From the NCBI GenBank assembly GCA_964016885.1, contig OZ024742.1, forward strand, positions 286,626,001-286,690,000: DNA of 64,000 bases. Direction: 5' to 3'. Both the position numbers and the translations under genes were made by a program. This DNA is from Eledone cirrhosa. Its lineage: Eukaryota. Below are positions 28,445 to 41,040 of this stretch, in pieces (position 1 is the first letter of the stretch; each line of letters begins with the position of its first letter). Below the pieces are notes generated by a model. It searched no databases, was not told where the DNA came from, and saw nothing but the letters and a program-made list of their open reading frames with translations.

Positions 28445-28739
28445 AAACAAAATGAAAACGAAATTTCATTTCTCACTCTTAGTATGGCACTTACTTAAAT
28501 GTAAGTATGCATGTATACGTACATACATATATGTATACAGACGTACAGTAGCATGCACATATATATATATATATACATATATACATACATATGCATACAG
28601 GTACACATACATATATGCACGTATCAGTTTAGCGGCGCTAACGTCGCTTTGTTCGTTTGTAAACAAACTGAACAGCCTGAATTTATGCCATACGGTGTTA
28701 AGGCAACCACGTCACCTTTTTGTTCAACACTGACACAGG

Positions 28740-28784
28740 AACGATGTACTAGTTTCAAGCTTGTTAGCTATCATCAGCACCGTT
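28740..28784 (-). ncRNA. Type I minimal hammerhead ribozyme
   Basis: AACGGUG-CUGAUGA-U AGCU aaca AGCU U-GAAAC UA GUA-CAUCGUU; 7-bp stem I, palindromic ACUAGU stem III. Confidence 0.9.
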
Positions 28785-29205
28785 TACCCATCTGCCAGAT
28801 AGTTGAACGTTCGAAAGTATATACTTTCCTTATGAAAATTAACGGCTGAGCAGCCTAATTTGCATATTGAGTGAGTTAAATCGGTCAGGCATACCGAAAA
28901 CGATAAATTGAAACAAAATGAAAACGAAATTTCATTTCTCACTCTTAGTATGGCACTTACTTAAATGTAAGTATGCATGTATACGTACATACATATATGT
29001 ATACAGACGTACAGTAGCATGCACATATATATATATATATACATATATACATACATATGCATACAGGTACACATACATATATGCACGTATCAGTTTAGCG
29101 GCGCTAACGTCGCTTTGTTCGTTTGTAAACAAACTGAACAGCCTGAATTTATGCCATACGGTGTTAAGGCAACCACGTCACCTTTTTGTTCAACACTGAC
29201 ACAGG

Positions 29206-29250
29206 AACGATGTACTAGTTTCAAGCTTGTTAGCTATCATCAGCACCGTT
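29206..29250 (-). ncRNA. Type I minimal hammerhead ribozyme (second unit)
   Basis: Same sequence as 28740-28784, offset by 466 bp. Confidence 0.9.
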
Positions 29251-29834
29251 TACCCATCTGCCAGATAGTTGAACGTTCGAAAGTATATACTTTCCTTATG
29301 AAAATTAACGGCTGAGCAGCCTAATTTGCATATTGAGTGAGTTAAATCGGTCAGGCATACCGAAAACGATAAATTGAAACAAAATGAAAACGAAATTTCA
29401 TTTCTCACTCTTAGTATGGCACTTACTTAAATGTAAGTATGCATGTATACGTACATACATATATGTATACAGACGTACAGTAGCATGCACATATATATAT
29501 ATATATACATATATACATACATATGCATACAGGTACACATACATATATGCACGTATCAGTTTAGCGGCGCTAACGTCGCTTTGTTCGTTTGTAAACAAAC
29601 TGAACAGCCTGAATTTATGCCATACGGTGTTAATGCTTAACACCGTATGGCATAAATTCAGGCTGTTCAGTTTGTTTACAAACGAACAAAGCGACGTTAG
29701 CGCCGCTAAACTGATACGTGCATATATGTATGTGTACCTGTATGCATATGTATGTATATATGTATATATATATATATATGTGCATGCTACTGTACGTCTG
29801 TATACATATATGTATGTACGTATACATGCATACT

Positions 29835-29924
<90 letters not shown>

Positions 29925-29926
29925 CA

Positions 29927-29957
<31 letters not shown>

Positions 29958-30757
29958 CTTCTTTAGGTTTGTTGGTTCACCACTGGATAGAACTGGTCAT
30001 TCCGTATGGTCAATCCTGGTGTAATATTGTGAAGAGTACTCAACGCAGTGCAGTTCTTCTTTGACGGAGTGGTGGTAGCGCATTATAAGCCTTCGCCCCC
30101 TCACCAGATATTCATTGGTAGTTTTCAGTTGCCAACACTTTGAGGGCGGGTGGCTGTGAAGTACACACAACAACACATTGTAATGTATAAAGTCTGTTTC
30201 GAGGCCAGAGGCTCATCAGGCCGGTGTTTATCACAGTTTCTTTGATGTTAAGCGACTGAGTGTACAAGACACACTGGATAGGACACCTGTCTATATTGGC
30301 CTAAAATGTCTGAATTGGTATGTTAAGGGTCACAGATACAACATACGCCGCCCAACCTCTTCTGACAAATTATAAAACTCTAATAACTGACTTTATATTC
30401 CTAGCATTAGCCATTTCATTTAACATACATCTGAAACGCCGTTGGGGATTGTAAACACACACACACACTCACATATACACGCACATATATTTCTGTCCAG
30501 TGGTGAACCAACAAACCTAAATGTATATATATATATACATATAGATCAGAGCAAACATCACGGACGCTCTATCTCAAAATTATTTTTGAAAAGCATTAGA
30601 AATGCGCAACCGGTAAAAACCAAAACTGAATACTAACCAATACTATTACTAATTCTCACTTATTCCTAATTAAACTATTTTTCACTGTGAACAATTTCTC
30701 ACCATTTTCTATTCCGTTTACCAATATATACATATATACATACATATATATATATAT

Positions 30758-31037
30758 ATATATTAATAAAAGGAATTCCAACTTTGTCTGATTTACTCGT
30801 TTTATTTACAATCCTTTAAAATTTATAATGGTATTATAATGAAATAGTATGATAGAATATTAAATGTTAAGTGTTCAATTAACACTTAACATTTAATATT
30901 CTATCATACTATTTCATTATAATACCATTATAAATGTTAAAGGATTGTAAATAAAACGAGTAAATCAGACAAAGTTGGAATTCCTTTTATTAATATAATC
31001 TTCTATACACAATCATACACACCCGTGTATATTTATT

Positions 31038-31040
<3 letters not shown>
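30758..31040. mobile_element. Fold-back element (~117-bp arms)
   Basis: Near-perfect palindrome 30758-30997 centred ~30878, plus a one-sided tail; (TA)n context. Confidence 0.8.
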
Positions 31041-31073
<33 letters not shown>

Positions 31074-31499
31074 AACTATAATAAAGTAAGGAGTGCGGGA
31101 CTGCATCCAGAATAACAAATTTTATCCCGTTTGTAAAATAAGTTGGATTACTTTGAATAAATAATTAATGAATATTACATAATTTATGTACTAAATTTCG
31201 TAACTAAATTTCGTATTTATAAATAATTTAAAATTGAATTCTTTTCAAAGTTATAAATTTCTAGACTTCCGGTATATCGACGCCACCACCACCACTTCTA
31301 CACGCTGACATATGTATGAATATAACTATAATCGCGCAAACACAAACTTATAAAAATACACCCTCACGGACATACATTCAGATAAATACACATACTTTCA
31401 CACAAAAACATTCACACATATACATTCACACAAATACACACATACAGTGATGATAGCGTTCGGTGAATTGGAAATGGGGGGGGGGGGGGTAAAACAAGT

Positions 31500-32188
31500 A
31501 TAACGTTTTATTTATTTACTAACTCATTTTTTTTTAAACTCATTTAATATAATGGTTACAGAACGAAAACACTAACAAATATAATATATACAAAGGAAAG
31601 GGAAAGGAAAAAAAGAAAGAGGAAAAATACACAAGCAGTTAATACACACATCTTAGGCCACAGAACAATATGCAGGCGAAAGAGTGGGAAAAAGAGCCGC
31701 TGCCAGAGCAAAAGATAGCAATATAGCGAGGAGCGCTGAAAAACCTCTCTAATAATTTTTGAGGCAAGCCAGCACACTCACAGCGTTACCTGGGGTGATG
31801 GCGAAGCTGAGGTGCTGGAACAACCAAGTGCCCTCACGAGCATCACCAGTTACCTCTGTTTGGCGAGCCGCCAGTGAAGATAAGAATCTCGCTGTCAGTA
31901 GCCCGACTCCCCCAAACGTCTTGAACGCCACAGGCTAGATAATGTAGTTAGCTGACAGAGCATGGTATTTTAGGATTTTGTTCCATTCAGCTGTGGATGC
32001 TGTAGCCCTTACCGCTGCATCCAGAATGTGGGAAGAAGCAAAAGAGTCACTAACTGTGACGTCACAGGTAAGACACCTGCCTCTTGACCAGGAGCACAGA
32101 GTAAGACCGTCAAGTCTTTTCCCATTAATTCAGGACAACCCAGACGATTCCAAAATTGAGGGGATGTTTGCCCGGGCCAAAGCTCTTG
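31500..32188 (-). mobile_element. CRE-clade non-LTR retrotransposon 3' end (restriction-like endonuclease)
   Basis: Minus-strand translation GKRLDGLTLCSWSRGRCLTCDVTV...AEWNKILKY...PVAFKTFG...GDARE...LSFAITPGNA fits the CRE RLE pattern; contains stops. Confidence 0.75.
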
Positions 32189-32374
32189 AGTGGTAATAGG
32201 AAAGTGTGCGTATGTGCACGCGCGTGTGTGTGTCACTGTTTTTAAGTTAGACATATATATATGTGTGTATCCCTTTCCTTCCTTTTATACACACATACAT
32301 TCACACAAACACATATACACATTGTGTGATGGACGGGTGGACAGAAGTCCCCCAAATGTACATACATGTGTATG

Positions 32375-32800
32375 GAGTTCTACTGAAGCAGTTAGAGAAG
32401 TTCAAGTATCTTGGAGCCGTGTTCATGAGTGATGGAATGCAGGAGGGTGAATTAAGTGCAAGAATTGCAAAAGCTGATGCAGTAATGCGCCAGCTTCAGC
32501 AATCAGATGAGGGGGGGGGGTAAGTGTAAAAGCCAAACTCGCTGTCTCCTGGTGCTCCTGCCAACTCTTACCGAGGATCATGAATCATGAGTAATGACCA
32601 AAAGAATACAATTGCCAATAAAAGCGGCAGAAATGGGATTCCTCCGAAGGGTCTTTGGAGTAACGTTACTCGATAAAGTCCATAACTCAGAGACCAGAGA
32701 GTCACTCCTGGTAGAGCCGCTACTTCTCCGAATTGAGAGATCACAACTCCGATATTAGGAGCATCTGGTTAGAATGTCTCACTAAAGAATCGCTGGACGC
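32375..32800 (+). mobile_element. RTE-clade LINE fragment
   Basis: EKFKYLG...ARIAKA...AAEMGFLRRV...RIERSQLR; frameshifted. Confidence 0.85.
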
Positions 32801-32811
32801 ATAATAAATAA

Positions 32812-33785
32812 TTGTGGGTAAAGTAGTGGGTAAAATAATTATTGAGTAAAATTGTGGGTAAAATGATTGTGGGTAAAGTGGTGCGTAAAATGATTAATGT
32901 GGGTAAAGTGGTAGCTAAAATAATTATTGTGGGTAAGTGTGGGTAAAATAATTATTGTGGGTATAATGGTGGGTAAATGATTATTGTGGGTAAAGTAATT
33001 ATTGTGGGTAAAATAATTATTGTGGGTAAATCGGTGGGTAAAATGATTATTGTGGGTAAAGTGGTACGTAAAATGATTATTTTGGGTAAAATAATTAACG
33101 GGGGTAAAGTGGTGGGTAAAATGATTATTGTGGGTAAAAATGGTGGGTAAAATAATTATTGTGGGTGAAGTGGTGGGTAAAATGATTACTGTGGGTATTG
33201 GTAGGTAAAATGATTATTGTGGGTAAAATGGTGGGTAACATGATTATTGTGGGTAACGTGGTGTGTAAAATAATTAATGTGGGTAAATGGTAGGTAAAAT
33301 AATTATTGTGGGTAAAGTGGTAGGTAAAATAACTATTGTGGGTAGTGGTAGGTGAAATAATTATTGTGGGTAAAATCCTGGGTAAAATGATTATTGTGGG
33401 TAAAAAGTGAGTAAAATTATTATTGTGGGTGAGTGGTGGGTAAAATGATTATTGTGGGTAGTGGTAGGTAAAATGATTATTGTGGATAAAGTGGTGTGTA
33501 AAATAATTATTGTGGGTAAAGTGGTGTGTAAAATAATTATTGTGGGTAAAATGGTGTGTAAAATGATTATTGTGGGTAAAGTGGTGTGTAAAATAATTAT
33601 TGTGGGTAAATGGTAGGTAAAATAATTATTGTGGGTAAAGTGGTAGGTAAAATAATTATTGTGGGTAAAATGGTGGGTAAAATAATTATTGTGAGTAAAG
33701 TGTGGGTACAATGATTATTTTTGGGCAAGGGTGGGTAAAATAATTATTGTGGGTATTCTGTTAGGTAAAATAATTATTGTGGGTA
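32812..33785 (+). repeat. ~30-bp satellite (TAAAATRATTATTGTGGGTAAAGTGGTGGG)
   Basis: Direct reading. Confidence 0.9.
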
Positions 33786-35515
33786 AAAAACGGACCACTC
33801 CCCCAAATAAAAAACGAATCCGCCAAATAAAAAACGGCCCACCAAATAAAAAACCGACCCCCAAATAAAAAACGGATACTCCCAATAAAAAAACGGATCC
33901 CCCCAAATAAAAAACGAATCACCCCCAATAAAAAACGAATCCCCAAATAAAAAAAAATGGATCCCCAAATAAAAAACGGATCCACCCAATAAAAAACGGA
34001 CCCCCAAATAAAAAAACGGATCTCCCCCAATAAAAAACGGACCTCCAAATAAAAAACGGACCCCGCCCCAAATAAATAAAAATGGATCCCCAAATAAAAC
34101 ACGGACCCACCCAAATAAAAAACGCCCCATCCCCCAAATAAAAAATGGACCCTCGCCTTCAATAAAAACGGCCCCCTCAAATAAAAAATGGACGACCCAA
34201 ATAAAAAACGCCCCCACCCCCAATAAAAAACGGACCGTCCAAATCAAAAACAGATCCCCCCCAATAAAAAACGGAGCCCCAAATAAAAAACGGACCCCCA
34301 AATAAAAAACGAACCCCACCCCCCAATAAAAATCGGCCCCCAAAAATAATAAACGGACACCCAAATAAAAAACGGATCCCCCCCAATAAAAAACTGGCCC
34401 CCAAATAGAAAACGGACCGCGCAATAAAAAATGGATCCCTAAATAAAAAAACGGACCCCCCCAAATAAAAAGCGGATCCCCAAATAAAAAACGGCCTCCG
34501 CCCCCATTAAAAAACGGATCCCCACCAATAAAAAACGGAATCCAAAATAAAAAATGGACCGCCCCCAAATAATCCCCCCCCCCCCAATAAATAACGGACA
34601 CCCCAAATAAAAAACGGACCCCCAAATAAAAAATGCCCCCCTTCCCCAAATAAAAAACGGACCCCCAATAAAAAACTGATCCCCCTAAATAAAAAGCGGC
34701 TCCTCCCAAATAAAAAAACCGACCCGCCCCCAAGTAAAAAACGGATCCCCCCCCAATAAAAAACGGATCCCCAAATAAAAAACGGACCCCTCCCAAATAA
34801 AAAATAAAAAATAAAAAACGGACCACCCCCTCCCTCCCCCTTAATAAAAAACGGACCTCCCCCAAATGAGAAACGGACCCCTCCCAAATAAAAAACGGAT
34901 CCCCCAAATAGAGACCGGACCCCCGCTAAATAAAACACGCCCCCCCCCCCCAATAAAAAACGGATCCCCAAATAAAAAACGGACCCCCAAATAAAAAATG
35001 CCCCCTTCTCAAAATAAAGACGGATCCGCCCCTTAATAAAAAACGGACCTCCCCTAAATAAAACACGCCCCCCCGCCAAATAAAAAACGGATCCCCCCAA
35101 TAAAAGAGGGATCCCCAAATAAAAAATGGATCCCCCAATAAAAAAACAGACCCTCAAATAATACACGGACCTCCCCCAAGTGAAAAACGGACCCCCAAAT
35201 AAAAAACGGATCCCCCCAAATAAAGAACGGACCCCCATAAATACTCCCCCCCCCCAATAAAAAACGGACCCCTAAAGAAAAAACCGGAACCCCCCCCCCA
35301 ATAAAAAACGGAACCCCCTCCAAATAAAAAATAAAAAACGGACCCCCCTCCCCAAATACAAAAACGGACCTCCCCCCCAAATAAAAATAAAAAACGGATC
35401 CCCCCAATAAAAAACGGATTCCCCCAATAAGAAACGGATCCCCAAATAAAAAACGGACCTTCCCCTCCAAATAAAAAATGGGTCCCCCCAAATAAATAAC
35501 GACCCCCAAATAAAA
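33786..35515 (+). repeat. ~20-bp satellite (CCCCCAAATAAAAAACGGAY)
   Basis: Direct reading; source of the GF/W-rich ORFs. Confidence 0.9.
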
Positions 35516-35841
35516 AATCTCGCGATTTCAGAGTCAGGCTCGATCAGCGTATCGATCGTACCTCGAGCTGGTCGCCAGAGAAATATGTCTAATAAATTTT
35601 AATTCGTCGCACCACTGATTCTCCGTTTCTTATGTGATATATGAGGATGAAATTTTTCTTCTTGACTTGTTTTGAATTAGGATTGAATTATTTTCCCATA
35701 TCTTACGTTATATATATATATATATTTCTAAGAATCCCCATCCTTTAATCCCACCATGACCTCTACCCACCCTCACCCCCACTACTACCCTTCCCTTACC
35801 AGGACAAAATGTATAAATACCAGAAATTTACATTGACAGTC

Positions 35842-35892
35842 GGCTTTCTGATGATTTCCTCCGAATGAAGTAGTTCTAGTCCTGTAGAAGCC
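35842..35892 (+). ncRNA. Type I hammerhead, slightly degenerate
   Basis: GGCUUU-CUGAUGA-U UUC cucc GAA U-GAAGUAG..CU GUA-GAAGCC; A15.1 and C15.2 differ from the 11775 copy. Confidence 0.65.
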
Positions 35893-35980
35893 ATTTCTAT
35901 ATTAAATTACTTTTACTCTGCTATGTATTAAGTGCCTTACTTACTGTGGTTATCCCCGATTTAACCCAGGATCTACACAC

Positions 35981-36029
<49 letters not shown>

Positions 36030-36508
36030 GGTTTCTACTTTTGGCACAAGGCCAGCAATTACCCAGTACATATATATATAATGATTTATAGATTTATAGG
36101 CACAATACTTGTAATTCAAATGACCAGACTTGTCACACACCATGTCACACTGAATTTCCCTGATAATTATGTTAAGAGTACACGTGTGTGTCGCATGCTT
36201 AGCAGCATACACGGTAATTTCGTGAGCAGCGTGTTCTGTTGATCGAACAGCTGGAATACACCTCGCCGAAACTGACGGAGGTCCATTTCAGCTGTGTGTT
36301 GTGTGTGTGTGTGTGTGTGTGCATATGTGTGTATATGTGCTGTGCTCCCAGAGACATGCTCCCTCTCCTCTCACCCGCCAAACCCTCGAGGATGGAAGAT
36401 GGCAAAGTTTCAACTGATATATTCCGTATTTTAACTCCAAACAAGCAACCCCAACACAGCTCACAACATCAACGCTAACTCCAACCCCAGCTCACAACCC
36501 CAATCCTA

Positions 36509-36558
<50 letters not shown>

Positions 36559-36571
36559 TAGGATTGGGGTT

Positions 36572-37835
36572 GTCACCAGTTGGTGCTGCTGGTAACATGT
36601 ATCCCAGTACAACCTGTCTCATGGTCGGGTCGTTGGCGACTAAACTGGCAACCCCACCAAGGTTTCTTGGTGAGGAGGGTGACTTTGGACATCCTGCAGG
36701 ACTAAAAACAAAACCTGTCAAAGGGCAAAGGAGCTCTTAAGAGTCAATGGCCATCCAAAATCACCGGGAGAGATGACCCCTTAGCCTTTGTCAAGGCAGA
36801 ATTCTAGGAGAAGGAAAACTCTGATATAACACCTGCAACCCTGATGGTATCCAATGATGTTGACTTGTTCTTCTTTTTGGTAAATATCATCTTGGTTAAG
36901 AGAGTGGGACTGGCTTTGTGCAGTGCCTTTGCTCACTATAAAAGCTTCACGGCACAGGCATTGCTTTATATCTGGAGATCTCTCTGCACTTGTCGTCACA
37001 TGGTACCATGGGCCCAGCACTATGTGTCAATAATTGTCACAAGTGTAGTGTTTGTACCAGAGTTTTCAAGTCGCTGGCTGGAATAAAAAGTCACATTCGT
37101 TCAGCGCATCGGTAGGGGTTCTCCTACATGTATATAAAGTAGTGGCCGTACTCGAAAACGAGTTGGCAGCCACCATGTATGTATGTATGTATGTATGTAT
37201 GTATGTATGTATGTATGTCAGGTCACCAGTTGGTGCTACTGGTAACATGTATCCCAGTACAACCTGTCTCATGGTCGGGTCGTTGGCGATTAAACTGGCA
37301 ACCTCACCAAGGTTTCTTGGTGAGGAGGGTGACTTTGGACATCCTGCAGGACTAAAAACAAAACCTGTCAAAGGGTAAAGGAGCTCTTAAGAGTCAATGG
37401 CCATCCAAAATCACCGGGAGAGATGACCCCTTAGCCTTTGTCAAGGCAGAATTCTAGGAGAAGGAAAACTCTGATATAACACCTGCAACCCTGATGGTTT
37501 CCAATGATGTTGACTTGTTCTTCTTTTTGGTAAATATCATCTTGATTAAGAGAGTGGGACTGGCTTTGTGCAGTGCTTTTGCTCACTATAAAAGCTTCAC
37601 GGCACAGGCATTGCTTTATATCTGGAGATCTCTCTGCACTTGTCGTCACATGGTACCATGGGCCCAGCACTATGTGTCAATAATTGTCACAAGTGTAGTG
37701 TTTGTACCAGAGTTTTCAAGTCACTGGCTGGACTAAAAAGTCACACTCGTTCAGCCCACCGGTAGGGGTTCTCCTATATGGATATAAAGTAGTGGCCGTA
37801 GTTGAAAACGAGTTGGCAGCCACCATGTATGTATA
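36572..37835 (+). mobile_element. Tandem pair (650-bp period) of a non-coding RTE-like retroposon with (ATGT)n tail
   Basis: Units start at 36572 and 37222 and end GGCAGCCACC(ATGT)n; a related diverged segment lies at ~2815-3090. Confidence 0.7.
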
Positions 37836-38055
37836 TATGTATATATGTATGTGTATCTTCACCACAAAGTCGAATCATATTAAAATATGGCAAACGCGAA
37901 CTCTTCTTTAAAAACCTTCCAGTGACACAAATGTCTCGATATCTTAACTCCTCCTCCTCTACACCTACAGACAGCCTCAAGGGTTTGGCCAAGATCTAAT
38001 ATGTCACCCAAGGGGAAAAACTTTACATTTCTCCGTTATAAAGATGATCATTATC

Positions 38056-38092
<37 letters not shown>

Positions 38093-39350
38093 CCACGCCC
38101 ACACACATATATATATACTGGCGTTGTGCCTATACTAGAAATCATACCCCCCATATATATATATATATACAAATTTTAGTACAGCATTAACGAAGCTTTA
38201 GGCTGCGGCTAAGCTAACGAAGGCAGATTCGGAATGTAGCTTTAGCACTCGATGGAGAATAATACCCCAGAGTTATAACAATACGTTTAGACATCTTTGC
38301 AAATCAAATATAGCGATCGGCAGTCCAGCCGCATTGCCATAGCAGCGAAAAAGACTGGACTCAGGAAAATTTTTTTTACTGACCTGGACCATCACGCGGA
38401 CACCGAATGCAAAACATAATGCATATCGTATAGCATACGATATACATCACATATAACATACAACATCCACGTTAGGTTTCTGTAAATCCGAGATCGACTA
38501 ATTCCGCTTGCAGGGGTCTGCAAGTTAATGGCCTTTGACGACAGAACAAAGGATTTACTTCGTCAACAAGTCTTGCGTTCTATAGCCTCAGCGGGTGTGT
38601 TCTAGCAGTAAATTTCGCTATAAACACGTGGTTTTCTCCAAGGGAGGTAACCCCCGTTTTGGCAAACAAATAAAAACACACGCAGACACCCGGATGTAAC
38701 ACATGCGCAAACTAAGCACACAACACACACAAAAACAAGATGGCGTACGACAGAACAAAGGAGAGGCGCAAAACAAAGAAAAGAATCCCCAGTCACTGAA
38801 GAAGTCACAGAATGTGTGACGAAAGAACTTTGACAATATATGAACAACCGTCCGGTTGTGGAACCAACCAATCAACCAACCGGAAAATAATTTTTTTTTT
38901 TTTTTTAATTTTTTTATTTATAATAAATTGGAGGGAAATCAATTGGTGCGTGTGTTTCTTATTGGCAACATGACCCTCCCAAAGTATAACAATATCGGTT
39001 TCAACACACGTTTTCAGATAAAGAATCTTGCTAAACAAATTCAGAAACGATATATATATATATATATAAAACTTTGATACGTTTTGGCCATGTCTAACTT
39101 AATGGCACCATCTGGCACTTAATAGCACCACCTGGCAATTTAATAGCACCACATGTATATATATAGAGAGAGAGATCAGATAGAGTGTGGTAAAAACCAG
39201 GTGGACCATAACCCACCAGAGTAACTGATACTTGGAGTAGTGAAGTGGGTAATATGAAAAGATTCAGGATCCCGACGGCTGAGCTCCGGCCGTTTCGACA
39301 GCTAGATCCGAACTAGTCGGAGTCCTGAATCTTTTCATATATATATATAT

Positions 39351-40984
39351 ACGTGGGAAAGTAAGAAATCGGAGAATAGACCGTTAAAACATGTTTATTT
39401 AAAACAGCACCTACGTACGTTTCGCCCAGTTGGGCTTCTCAAGGGCATAAATAATCAAAAGTGTTCCTTACATTGCTCGGAAAGAGTTTTTGGGGTTAAA
39501 TCCCCGTCAAGGTTCATTGCTCGCAAAAATAGCTTGTTTTGATTTTGCAACAGGTCAAGGGAGGTAACACTGGCCGGTGTTAGGGCAGTCTTTCCCGGAC
39601 AAATTTTTTTATCCGCTACGAGATGAGGTTACAACCTTACCATTGTCGATACGCACCAAGACACAGCACCTCGACACAGACGCACCTACACCTGACAATA
39701 ACTATATCGGCCTTAACAACTCCCTGGCAGCATCCAATAGTGTTGGCAACAGCATCCGCAGACGCAACCAGCATAACCGCGAAATGACTGGGGAACATGC
39801 AGAACATGACGTGCGGAATAACAATCCGCGTGCTGTGGGTTGTAATGGTGCTAACGACAGCTGCGGTAGCGTGGGTAACAACGTAGGCAGCAACAATGAT
39901 AGCGTTACCGTGGGAAATAGACGGAACCGCGACAGAAATTGCAACTGCCGCGACAGAGAACGCTGCCCCTTAGAGGATACTGCTTGACTGATAGGGTTAT
40001 ATATAGATGCACTATAACTAGCCACAATAGCGTTAAACATTATATAGGGGCTACCTCCGGCCCGTTCAAAATTAGGTTTCGAACACATCTCCACTCTTTC
40101 ACAAATAAAAAAACTAAGACACTCCACTTCGCTCGCGGACTACATCACATCACTAAAGGACTTAAACATCAGCTTCTCCACGCACTGGGATATTGTCGGC
40201 AGGGCTGCACCGTACAACTTCAAGAGGAAATGCGATCTTTGCCTCATGGAATTCTACCACATCTTAACTGCATCCCACGAGCTCATCAACAGCAGAGCTG
40301 AAACAGCGATAAGTTGTACACATCGCTTAAAAATATCCTTCTTCAGATGGGTTAAGGATGAGGAGTAAAACCGTGCACTGGATCTCCCTGCAACAAGTCT
40401 TAACACCCCGGCGGGCAGGCGCTGCAAAATAACACCCAGGAAACTATCCTTGCATACCAGACCCAGCCTTAAACGACTCAGACAAACAGATGCGGCAAAA
40501 AAAAGCTCTCAAAATAAGCGTTGATTACATGCGTATCGACAATGGTAAGGTTGTAACCTCATCTCGTAGCGGATAAAAAAATTTGTCCGGGAAAGACTGC
40601 CCTAACACCGGCCAGTGTTACCTCCCTTGACCTGTTGCAAAATCAAAACAAGCTATTTTTGCGAGCAATGAACCTTGACGGGGATTTAACCCCAAAAACT
40701 CTTTCCGAGCAATGTAAATGATTATTTATGCCCTTGAGAAGCCCAACTGGGCGAAACGTACGTAGGTGCTGTTTTAAATAAACATGTTTTAACGGTCTAT
40801 TCTCCGATTTCTTACTTTCCCACGTGCTTACGCTCTGCTAACTCTCTAGCCCACTAAATATTAACACTTCGAATATTTAATACTGCCGGCACTAGTATCG
40901 AGCACCTTTGGCATACGCTACTTGGCAAATAACTATATGTATCACCTATCCTCCCCTTTTTTTCTCTCTCTCGATACGTAAATA

Positions 40985-40987
<3 letters not shown>
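39351..40987 (+). mobile_element. 5'-truncated Naiad-type PLE with inverted pLTR
   Basis: Frameshifted GIY-YIG (NCNCRDRERCPL..VIY..HYIGAT..CDLCLME..LINSRAE..C.H, stop 40366-40368); 39351-39655 is the reverse complement of 40530-40825; (TA)n flanks. Confidence 0.9.
40730..40769 (+). ncRNA. Minimal hammerhead with U3-A8 core (inverted copy at 39407-39446)
   Basis: GCCC-UUGAGAA-GCCC aacu GGGC-GAAAC guac GUA-GGUGC. Confidence 0.75.

Positions 40988-41040
<53 letters not shown>

Larger units (their letters stand above)
28441..29838 (-). mobile_element. Retrozyme-like element: 466-bp tandem units with HHR, plus terminal inversion
   Basis: Units start at 28441, 28907 and 29373; inversion centre 29634-29636; inverted arm runs to 29838; (TA)n on both sides; no meaningful ORF. 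Confidence 0.9.

Noticed and set aside
30192-30225. Minus-strand CUGAUGA-GCC..GGC..GAAAC resembling a hammerhead
   Set aside because: It is the 3' tail hairpin of SINE family A; the copies at ~1002-1030 and ~60355-60380 lack the GAAAC, and stems I and III do not form.
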